Below are positions 19,601 through 27,854 of a stretch of 64,000 bases of DNA, piece after piece. The stretch spans positions 53,113 to 117,112 of the forward strand of contig CALOAN010000011.1 in assembly GCA_942491345.1 (NCBI GenBank), read 5' to 3'. This DNA is from an uncultured actinomycete (lineage in GTDB: Bacteria > Actinomycetota > Acidimicrobiia > Spongiisociales > UBA5794). Positions within the stretch are counted from its first letter, which is position 1; every line of letters begins with the position of its first letter. The notes beneath the pieces were generated by a model that saw nothing but the letters and a program-made list of their open reading frames with translations, did not search any database and was not told where the DNA came from. The position numbers and the translations under genes were made by a program.

Positions 19601-20889
19601 GAGTGCGCCTCCCCCTCTCCCTTCAACTTGCTGATGTTGGTCACAAAGGTACCGATCACCCAGACACCGAACCCGGATATGACGATGAAAAAGGCCCAGA
19701 TGCCGATGGTGTCTAAAGTGTTGCCCAGACCCGGCGAGATCGGAATCACGCCCATCTCCCCCAGTTTGGCGGGCAAGGCGAATATCCGGTTGACGAAACC
19801 GGCCAGGACCGCCATGGCGTAGAAACCACGGATGGTGATGCCAGGCACAACCTTAGTCACCATGGCACCGATCTGGATTCCCAAAAGCGACCCCAGGAGC
19901 ATGCCCATGGCCAGGGTGTAGAAGATAAAACCGTAGATGGCATACTGGCTGATGGAAGCATAACCGGCGGTGAACACGATCTGGAAAATATCGGTGCCCA
20001 CCGTTGTCATGGAAGAGACGCCCAGGACATAGACAAAAATCGGAAAGGTCAGAAAGCCGCCGCCGACGCCCATGATGCCGGCCGCAAGCCCCACCAGAGC
20101 GCCGCTGAGAACCAGGAAGACCCACGATATGCCACGGCCGCCCGGCACCAGGTCATGATCGAAACGCACCATCGGGGGGATTTTCAGGGCTTGGATTTTT
20201 TTGGGCAGGCCACCCATCTCGACGCCCTCGTCCTTGCCGCCGTGGGCACCGGCATCGGTATTGCCTCCCTTGCGGGCCTTGAGAAAGTCGACCATGGCGT
20301 AGATACCCAAAAAACCTAGCATTCCGGCATAAACAGTGGTGATAAAGGCATCACTTAATACGGGGTTGATCTCATACAAGACCCGGTTGATCACACCGCC
20401 TGTGGTCGCCCCTAAAATCGCACCCAGCAGGAAAACCACCGCCAGGGGGACGGACACATTGCCCAGCTTGCGGTGAATCACGCTCCCCATGATGGCTTTG
20501 GCAAAAATATGGAAGAGGTCCGTGCCGACGGCCAGAATACCCTTGATACCGGCGCTCATCAGGGCCGGTGCGATGATAAACCCCCCACCGGCACCGATGC
20601 AGCCGGTAATCAAGCCGGCCCCGAGCCCGATGAGAATGGATACGATAAAAATGCCGGTGCTGTAAAAGGCGGGACTGTAGGCCTTTTTACCGCCCAGCAG
20701 GTCCGGCAGCGCGCCGCCGATTTGTTCGGCAAACGCTATGCCGCCCAGAAGCACCGGAATCAGCAGCAGACCCAACAGCAGGATCCGTTTGCGGTCGTGC
20801 AGAATGGTGTGGGCATTGTCAATCTCCCACGCGGCAAAGGCTTTTGCTCCGGCCATCATGAACTGGCCCCATTGTTGGAAAAAATTCAT
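19597..20889 (-). CDS. TauE/SafE (TSUP) family sulfite/oxyanion exporter
   Basis: Repeated motifs GLITGCIGAGGGFIIAPAL / GLAAGIMGVGGGFLTFP and AVGTDLFH / TVGTDIFQ. Confidence 0.88.
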   Translation of the reverse strand: MNFFQQWGQFMMAGAKAFAAWEIDNAHTILHDRKRILLLGLLLIPVLLGGIAFAEQIGGALPDLLGGKKAYSPAFYSTGIFIVSILIGLGAGLITGCIGAGGGFIIAPALMSAGIKGILAVGTDLFHIFAKAIMGSVIHRKLGNVSVPLAVVFLLGAILGATTGGVINRVLYEINPVLSDAFITTVYAGMLGFLGIYAMVDFLKARKGGNTDAGAHGGKDEGVEMGGLPKKIQALKIPPMVRFDHDLVPGGRGISWVFLVLSGALVGLAAGIMGVGGGFLTFPIFVYVLGVSSMTTVGTDIFQIVFTAGYASISQYAIYGFIFYTLAMGMLLGSLLGIQIGAMVTKVVPGITIRGFYAMAVLAGFVNRIFALPAKLGEMGVIPISPGLGNTLDTIGIWAFFIVISGFGVWVIGTFVTNISKLKGEGEAHS

Positions 20890-20941
20890 TGCGTTTTTCT
20901 CCTCCCATGCTCGGTTGTTTCGATAGCCCAATATCTTCACT

Positions 20942-21379
20942 TCACTCTGTCGGCGAACTTTCCGATTTCAGCATCATGTTCAGGGTTTTTATTTTTGCTT
21001 CCTGTATCGTCTTTTTGTGAAAGGCATCCTGAATCTTATAGAGTAAATCATCGATATCGACCGGTTTCATCAGGTAGTCAAAGGCCCCGTTTTCCATGCC
21101 TTCCCGGGCCACCTCCAGGCTTGCATGCCCGGTCAGCATGACCACCTCGGTCAGGGGCGTCTTTTTTTTGATCGCCCGCAGTGTTTCAATGCCCCCCATG
21201 CCCGGCATCCTGACATCCAGCACCACCACGTCCGCCGGGAACTGGGCCAGATGCACCAGCGCCTCTTCACCGCTGCCGACACCGGCGGCGTTCACATCGC
21301 GTTTACGCATCCGCTTGAGCAGGGTCTGCAAAAAGTCCGGTTCATCGTCCACAAACAGGACCGTCATTGGTTCCGACAT
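20942..21379 (-). CDS. single-domain response regulator
   Basis: LFVDDE, VVLDVRMPG, MLTGHA, YLMKP. Confidence 0.92.
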   Translation of the reverse strand: MSEPMTVLFVDDEPDFLQTLLKRMRKRDVNAAGVGSGEEALVHLAQFPADVVVLDVRMPGMGGIETLRAIKKKTPLTEVVMLTGHASLEVAREGMENGAFDYLMKPVDIDDLLYKIQDAFHKKTIQEAKIKTLNMMLKSESSPTE

Positions 21380-21380
21380 C

Positions 21381-21755
21381 TCATTTCTCCCGTTTAACGG
21401 CCTGCATGATTTTGGCGACGAGATCCTCCAGATCGCTGGGTTTGGTCAGGTAGTCAAACGCACCGGAGGCAACCCCTTCCCGCGCCGCCTGCTCCGAGCC
21501 GTGCCCGGTCAACATGATCACCGGCATGGCCGGAACGAGTTTCTTGAATATCTTGAGGATTTCGATACCGTCCATATCTTCCAGTTTCAGGTCCAGCACA
21601 GCCACATCAAAATCCTGTTTGCGCAATGTCTGGATCGCCTCGGTTCCGCTATAGGCTGCCGTAACGACCATATTCCGTTTGGATAACCGTTTGCTCAGAA
21701 CGTCGACGAAACCCACTTCGTCGTCCACCAGAAGCAGCTTTATGGTCTTGGGCAT
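21381..21755 (-). CDS. single-domain response regulator
   Basis: LLVDDE, AVLDLKLED, MLTGHG, YLTKP; start at ATG 21755 after RBS GAGGAG. Confidence 0.9.
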   Translation of the reverse strand: MPKTIKLLLVDDEVGFVDVLSKRLSKRNMVVTAAYSGTEAIQTLRKQDFDVAVLDLKLEDMDGIEILKIFKKLVPAMPVIMLTGHGSEQAAREGVASGAFDYLTKPSDLEDLVAKIMQAVKREK

Positions 21756-21907
21756 GTCTCCTCGCTCATCCGTTTGGGCTGTCAATGCTCTGAGCAGCGC
21801 ACCCCGTCGGCACCCCACGTTTTGGCCGCGCGCGGCACGCCGTCGCCAGGTATCGGCGGGCGGCGTACCCCCGGCCGCTTTGGTTTATCCCAACAGCACC
21901 GGTCGAA

Positions 21908-22340
21908 TCAGGTGCGGGCTTTGAGAATGTTACTCACCCGGGCTTCACGAATCTTCTCTTCATGATCGCGCTTTTTCTTGGTGGCCGCATTCACCTTTTC
22001 GATGAGTACATCCATGTCGCAAGGTTTCATCAGGTAATCGAAGGCCCCCAGCCGCATGCCCTCGATGCTCGTTTCCACGGTGGCATGACCGGTGAGCATG
22101 ATGACCTCAACCAAGTGGAAATTCCTTGCGAATTTCTTTCAGTGTCTCGATCCCGTCCATTCCCGGCATTTTGACGTCCAAAATGACAAGATCGATCTGG
22201 CTGTTTTCTTTGAGGGTTTCCAGCGCCTCTTCCCCGCTGTAGGATTTGAAGACGGTAAGCTTCCGTTTGGTCAGCCGCTTTGTCATGGTATCGACAAAGG
22301 GGGCCTCATCGTCCACCAGCAAAACAATCGGTTCCAACAT
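21908..22340 (-). pseudogene. single-domain response regulator with a +1 frameshift at 22113-22114; may be a sequencing error
   Basis: ORFs 22107-22340 and 21908-22114 join at CCA CTTG GTT GAG; removing one base gives ...EFPLVEVIMLTGH. Confidence 0.85.
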
Positions 22341-22403
22341 GGTCGTTCTCCTTGCGTTAAAACGATTTTAGTGGTCCGTGACATTGCACGTGTTGTCTCG
22401 ATC

Positions 22404-24101
22404 TTAACCAACGTGTTCTTCTCGGACGGGAATCTTGATCACAAACGTCGTCCCTTCGTCCATGGTACTGTCCACACTGATATCGCCGCCCATCTTTTTG
22501 ATGATGCCGTAACAAATCGACAGACCCAGGCCGGTGCCTTTGCCCACCGGTTTGGTCGTGTAAAACGGGTCGAAAATCCGATCGAGGTTGGCGGGCGGAA
22601 TTCCCGGGCCGGTATCCCGCACTTCGATGACCAACTGGTTCTTTTCACGGCGGGTGGCGACAACAATTTCCCCCCCCTGCCGCTCCATGGCATCCACCGC
22701 GTTGTTGATCAGGTTGAGGAACACCTGCTGCATTTCGGAGGGTGACGCCTGGATGGTCGGCAAGTGCGCGTCCAATTGCGGCGTGATGGTCACCTTGGCG
22801 TATTTGGCGCGCTGTTCCGAGAGACCCACGACCTCCTCGATCAGATCGTTGATCGAAAACTCTTGCAAGCGGGCATCGGTTTTACGGGCAAAACTGAGCA
22901 GTTTGTGGGTAATTTCCTTGCAGCGCTTACCCTGTGTATTGATCTGCTTCAAGGCCCGCTCGAACTCGTCCAGGTTCTCACTCCGGGCGAAATCCTCCTC
23001 CTCCAGCAGGTCCTGAATCCATCCGGCTTCCTCGACCATGATGGCCACCGGGTTGTTGATTTCGTGAGCGATGCCGGCCGCCAGTTCACCGATGGACGCC
23101 AGTTTGCCGGTTTCGATCACCTGCTCGTTCATCAATTCCTTGGCACGGTCGGCCTCTTTGATACGCCCCACCTGCCGGATGGAGAGCATGCTGGCCATGA
23201 TGATGATGCTCACCCCGCCGACGATAAAGATGACGACGGAAATGAACTGGGCGCGCCTCAAATCCGAGAACGCGTCCGCGCTTTCCTGCCGGTAGACCAG
23301 CAGCCAATCTTTGTCCTTGAGCAGGGCCGTGACGTAGATACTTTCTTTGCCGTCATCGCCCTCACGCTCCATAATCGTGACATCGTTGTTCAGTTCTTTT
23401 TCACAGTCGAAAAAATGCCCGTAGCACCCTTTGCTGGGGACGAAGTCGATCAGCGGCTTGGTCTGGAATTCGCCCCGGCGGTTCAGGATATAGGCAAACC
23501 CGGTTTCCCCCACCCGTATATTTTCCACCAGGTCGTTGAACGCCACGAAATCAATGGTGGCCCTCAGGATCCACGGTTCCCCGTTAAAGGTGTTCTTGAC
23601 CGCAATGATGAAATGGGGCAGCCGTCGCAATCCCAAGAAAACGTCGCTGATCACATACTCCTTGCTCATGGCCTGCTGAAACCAGTCCGTGTCTGCATAA
23701 ACGGCCTCGGTCAGTTTGAAAGGGCCGGCATAGGCCACCTGCTGGCCGGCGCCGTTGATGACGCCAAGATCCACAAAAACGGGGCGGTAGTTGCGCTGCA
23801 GGGAGGCCAGGGTCGACTGCAGGAAGGTTTCGTCGCTCAGATTGGCGTAACCGAGGTTTCGGGATAGAAACCGGATATCCGCCAGTTTATCCACTAGAAA
23901 GGCATCAATTTGCTGCCGGTGTTTTTCCACCAATTCTTCAAGGTGGGCATACACTTTTTCCCGATAGGAGGCATAGAAATTGTAATAGATGGTGCTGCCC
24001 ACCAGAAACACGGGAATGAAGGAGACAACGATGATCGCCACCGTCATATTCAGCGTCAGCGAGCGATAATAAGGGGATAGCAGCTGTTTCGGTTTCGACA
24101 T
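22404..24101 (-). CDS. membrane sensor histidine kinase, Cache-like (HK4)
   Basis: Two TM segments, GIAHEINNPV, NLINNAVDA, DTGPG, FYTTKPVGKGTGLGL; start at ATG 24101. Confidence 0.93.
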   Translation of the reverse strand: MSKPKQLLSPYYRSLTLNMTVAIIVVSFIPVFLVGSTIYYNFYASYREKVYAHLEELVEKHRQQIDAFLVDKLADIRFLSRNLGYANLSDETFLQSTLASLQRNYRPVFVDLGVINGAGQQVAYAGPFKLTEAVYADTDWFQQAMSKEYVISDVFLGLRRLPHFIIAVKNTFNGEPWILRATIDFVAFNDLVENIRVGETGFAYILNRRGEFQTKPLIDFVPSKGCYGHFFDCEKELNNDVTIMEREGDDGKESIYVTALLKDKDWLLVYRQESADAFSDLRRAQFISVVIFIVGGVSIIIMASMLSIRQVGRIKEADRAKELMNEQVIETGKLASIGELAAGIAHEINNPVAIMVEEAGWIQDLLEEEDFARSENLDEFERALKQINTQGKRCKEITHKLLSFARKTDARLQEFSINDLIEEVVGLSEQRAKYAKVTITPQLDAHLPTIQASPSEMQQVFLNLINNAVDAMERQGGEIVVATRREKNQLVIEVRDTGPGIPPANLDRIFDPFYTTKPVGKGTGLGLSICYGIIKKMGGDISVDSTMDEGTTFVIKIPVREEHVG

Positions 24102-24144
24102 GGGACCCGGTTTCCTCTTCGGCAATGAAGGTGCCCCTCCGAAG

Positions 24145-24160
24145 AGCAACAACCATGCCA
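24145..24160 (-). promoter_or_regulatory. sigma54 -24/-12 promoter (island unit 2: HK4-RR-RR-RR-TauE-accessory)
   Basis: Minus strand TGGCATGGTTGTTGCT, 44 bp upstream of the start codon. Confidence 0.82.
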
Positions 24161-24252
24161 CATAGGATACAGGGCATCCATTTCTAACATACTGTTTATT
24201 ATATTTATTTTTATTTTCAGGAGAACGTTCGAAGATAAAGCCAGTCGGCGTG

Positions 24253-24289
24253 TGTCGGTTTTTTTTACAGGGTGCAAAAAATAACGACA
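24253..24289. promoter_or_regulatory. putative paired UAS for a sigma54 activator
   Basis: TGTCGGTTTTTTTTACA-GGG-TGCAAAAAATAACGACA (inverted pair), 93 bp from the promoter. Confidence 0.72.
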
Positions 24290-24495
24290 CTGATGACGAA
24301 CGATTTTCCTCGAATACGGTTGGCCAAGATGCAGCCGGCAGAGAGCGGGCAAGCGATGATGCCGGCCGGTCAATCAACCCGGACCGCGCGCCACAGAAGC
24401 CCCAAGAGCCCCGTCGGCATGCGCTTGGGAGCAGTTTAAATTGTTGATCGAAGCATAGCGGCGGGCGATGGACCACTTTTTATCAAACAAGGCCG

Positions 24496-25932
24496 TCAGC
24501 CATCGCCTTGATAAACTGCGGTCTCAATTTTGAGATGGTATTTATCGATTTTGGCATGCAGCGTCGGCCGGGACATCCCCAGCAGTTTGGCGGCACGGGA
24601 TCGATTGCCGCCGGTGTACTGCAGCGCCTCATGGATAAGGATGCGGGCAAAAAAATCCATGCAGCGGTCGTACAAGTTGTCGGTATCCTCCGCTTTGGCG
24701 GCATCCCGGAACCAGCGCCGGATATCGCTTTCCAGGCTGCCGCTTTCCGCCTGCGGATGATCGTCCTTGCCCGCCAAGGCCGCCGCAATATCGGGCGGAC
24801 CGATAGGCGCACCGCGGTTGAAGATCAGTGTTTTTTGGAGGGTGTTGGCCAGTTCCCGGACGTTGCCGGGCCAGCGGTTGTTGGTTAAGGTGGCCAAGGC
24901 CCCCTCGGTGATACCCGGGTTTTTGATCCCCAGTTCCGCTGCGAATCGATCCAGGAAATAAGCGCTCAACAACGGAATATCGGTAATCCGCTCCCGCAGG
25001 GAGGGCAGGCCGATGGTAATGACCTTGAGCCGGTAGTAGAGATCCTCACGAAACAGGGCCTGGGAGATAAGCGTTTCCAGGTCACGGTTGGTGGCGGCGA
25101 TAATCCGCACATCCACCGGAATGGTCTCCCGTCCGCCAAGACGTTCGATTTTTTTCTCCTGCAACAGTCGCAGTATTTTGGTTTGAAGATTGACGGGCAT
25201 ATCGCCAATTTCATCAAGAAATACCGTACCGCCGCCGGCCTGCTCGATCTTGCCCAGCCGGCGATGGGCCGCGCCGGTGAAAGCGCCTTTCTCGTACCCG
25301 AAAAGCTCGCTTTCCAGCAGGGTCTCGGGCAACGCCACGCAATTGATCACAAGGAAGGGTTTGTCCGCACGCTGGCTGTGCTGATAAATCGCCCGCGCCA
25401 CCAGCTCTTTGCCGGTGCCCGTTTCGCCGCGAATCAAAACAGTGGCATCCGTCGACGCCACGCGCCCGACCATTTTGAAAACCTGCTGCATGGCATCGCT
25501 GCGTCCGATGATGGCGTCGCGGTCGGTTTTCGCGGGGGCGTCGCCCATATTGACCGGCGAGCGCATAAACCTTCCGGTCTCGAGCGCCTGGCCGATGGTT
25601 TTCAGCATGGCCGGTATGTCGAAAGGCTTGAGGATATAATCAAACGCGCCCATCTTGGTGGCTTCAATGGCGGTTTCGGTGGTGCTGAAAGCGGTCATGA
25701 TAATGACCGGCAGCTTGGGTTCAACCATATGAATGGCCCGAAACGTTTCCAGTCCGTTCATTCCGGGAAGACGGACATCGAGCACCACCACGTCGGGCAG
25801 GGCGGCGCCGACGATTTGCAGGCCCTCCTCACCGGAGGCCGCGCTTTGCACCTGATGGCCTTCTTCGATCAGCAGTTTGGCAAAACTTTTGCGCAGTTGA
25901 TCGTCATCGTCGATGATGAGGATGTGACTCAT
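24496..25932 (-). CDS. NtrC-family sigma54-dependent response regulator (REC-AAA+-HTH)
   Basis: IIDDD/VLDVRLPG receiver; GETGTGKE, GAFTGA, FLDEIG and WPGNVREL; C-terminal HTH GNRSRAAKLLGMSRPTL. Confidence 0.95.
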   Translation of the reverse strand: MSHILIIDDDDQLRKSFAKLLIEEGHQVQSAASGEEGLQIVGAALPDVVVLDVRLPGMNGLETFRAIHMVEPKLPVIIMTAFSTTETAIEATKMGAFDYILKPFDIPAMLKTIGQALETGRFMRSPVNMGDAPAKTDRDAIIGRSDAMQQVFKMVGRVASTDATVLIRGETGTGKELVARAIYQHSQRADKPFLVINCVALPETLLESELFGYEKGAFTGAAHRRLGKIEQAGGGTVFLDEIGDMPVNLQTKILRLLQEKKIERLGGRETIPVDVRIIAATNRDLETLISQALFREDLYYRLKVITIGLPSLRERITDIPLLSAYFLDRFAAELGIKNPGITEGALATLTNNRWPGNVRELANTLQKTLIFNRGAPIGPPDIAAALAGKDDHPQAESGSLESDIRRWFRDAAKAEDTDNLYDRCMDFFARILIHEALQYTGGNRSRAAKLLGMSRPTLHAKIDKYHLKIETAVYQGDG

Positions 25933-27418
25933 CGGTTGACTCCTTTACCGGCAGTGTCACGATAAGGGTTGCCCCGCCGCCTTCGGTTTCGGCGATATCC
26001 AGCCACCCGTGGTGTTCGTCGATGATGCGTTTGGCAATGCTCATCCCCAATCCGGTGCCTTCTTCCTTGGTCGTAAAAAAGGGATCGAACACTTTGGGGC
26101 GCAGCGCTTCGGGAATCCCGGGGCCATTGTCACTCACACGGATGACGGCCTCGCGCCGGGCATCCGTCCCCAGGGACACCACTTCTTCAATCCGAATGGT
26201 CCCCCCTCTTTCCATGGCTTCACAGGCATTGATCACGAGGTTCACCAGGACCTCTTTTAGTTGGTCCGGATCGGCATCCACCGCGGGAAGGCTGCTGCTG
26301 CGGATCACCTCGACATGAACATCATAGGATTTCAAGCGATGGGACAGGAGTTGCAGCACCGTGTCCACCACGGCCGAGGGGCTGATGCGTTGCATGACCA
26401 GCTTGGGCGGGCGGGAAAATTCCAAAAAATTTTGCACGATGGTGTCGATGTGGCGAATTTCCTCGGAAACGACATCGAAATCTTCCTGCTGGGCGTCGTT
26501 CAATTTAAGGCTGCGCTCGAGGGAAAACAGCCGCATTTTCACCGAGGTGAACGGGTTGCGGATGCTGTGCGCCATTCCGGCCGCCAGTTTGCCGACGACG
26601 GCCAGTTTTTTGGCCTGCAGAAGGTTTTCCCGGCTTTTCTCCAATTCGGATTGGGTGGAATCCATATTGTCCAGCAGGTCGTAAACCCGGTGACTGAGGA
26701 TTTTGATGACGTTTTCCTTCTTCGTCACGACGTCTTCATGGGTGACGGCTTGAATCAGTCGCCGGATCGGCCCCAGGATCTCTTTTACGACGATCATGGC
26801 CAGGAAAAGCGCCAGGATAAAATTCGCCAGAATCGCAACCACGGCGATCGTTCGAAGCTTTAGGGCCTCGGCGCGGCTTTCCTGCCGTGCTTCGATGATG
26901 TTGTGCACATTGACGGTCTTGAACTTGTCGCACAGGTCGAGAATGGTAAAAAAGCGTTCGCGCACCTCTTCGTGCAAAACGGCCCCGGCGTCGGAACGGC
27001 CGCTTTTATAGAGCAAAATCACTTTGTCCCGGGAGTGAACATACTGGCGGTATTCGGCGGCAATGCGGTTGATCGTGTCTTTTTGATCCGGGGAGGCGGC
27101 AAGCGACTGGGCATCGTTCAATTTGCGGTTGAAGCGCTCCTGGTATTCACGCAGCTGCCGCAGCCAGTCCGGATTGCCGTCCAGAAAATAGTAGGAAACG
27201 AATCCTTTCTGGTTGGCTAAAGCGATCTGCAGATCTTCGGCGGTTTCCAGCAGCACCATATTTTCGTCGGTGACGGTGGTGATGAGTCCTTCGATCCGGT
27301 AAGTATACCAGATCATCACCACGGCGCCCAAAAACGTGATCAGGACCAGCGATGCCAGCATCAGGTAAATTCGCTTGCGCAGAACGATGCGGTTCCAAAT
27401 GGGAATGTTAAAGGGCAT
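25904..27418 (-). CDS. sensor histidine kinase with four-helix-bundle sensor and atypical H-box (HK5)
   Basis: Two TM segments; H-box GMAHSIRNPF; NLVINACEA, DNGPG, FFTTKEEGTGLG. Confidence 0.9.
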   Translation of the reverse strand: MPFNIPIWNRIVLRKRIYLMLASLVLITFLGAVVMIWYTYRIEGLITTVTDENMVLLETAEDLQIALANQKGFVSYYFLDGNPDWLRQLREYQERFNRKLNDAQSLAASPDQKDTINRIAAEYRQYVHSRDKVILLYKSGRSDAGAVLHEEVRERFFTILDLCDKFKTVNVHNIIEARQESRAEALKLRTIAVVAILANFILALFLAMIVVKEILGPIRRLIQAVTHEDVVTKKENVIKILSHRVYDLLDNMDSTQSELEKSRENLLQAKKLAVVGKLAAGMAHSIRNPFTSVKMRLFSLERSLKLNDAQQEDFDVVSEEIRHIDTIVQNFLEFSRPPKLVMQRISPSAVVDTVLQLLSHRLKSYDVHVEVIRSSSLPAVDADPDQLKEVLVNLVINACEAMERGGTIRIEEVVSLGTDARREAVIRVSDNGPGIPEALRPKVFDPFFTTKEEGTGLGMSIAKRIIDEHHGWLDIAETEGGGATLIVTLPVKESTDESHPHHRR

Positions 27419-27593
27419 GGTCAGAAAGCCTAAATCGTGTCGTGATCGGCGTATGCCGCAATGGCCGGCAGGAGTGACGAGCGAACCACCGCACTTGCGA
27501 TCGATCCATGTTGGTATGCCATCGGCAACGCCGTCGGCGCACTCGGATGGCATCCCCTTTTCGCCGGAAAACGCATCGCAACCCGTTAAAGAC

Positions 27594-27609
27594 AGCAAAG
27601 CACATGCCA
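27594..27609 (-). promoter_or_regulatory. sigma54 -24/-12 promoter (island unit 1: HK5-NtrC)
   Basis: Minus strand TGGCATGTGCTTTGCT. Confidence 0.78.
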
Positions 27610-27708
27610 AACCACAACCGTGAATCCCGAAAACCGGCAAATGGCGGCCCGTGCCGTGGACTCAGATGCGAATCATCATAAAAAATCAAAAAAAGAACCG
27701 CATTAAGG

Positions 27709-27725
27709 TGTCAGATTTTTTTACA
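27709..27725. promoter_or_regulatory. putative UAS for a sigma54 activator
   Basis: TGTCAGATTTTTTTACA, 100 bp from the promoter. Confidence 0.65.
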
Positions 27726-27854
27726 GTTGGCAAATTAAATTTAAGATGGCAGGCGTTCGTTCGGGTAGGTGAATGCGCAGGCAAGGCGTTTTTTGATAAG
27801 CCGGCGGAAGCGATGCGCTGTCTGGTAGAATAGCTGCCGGATGGTGATTCATCA

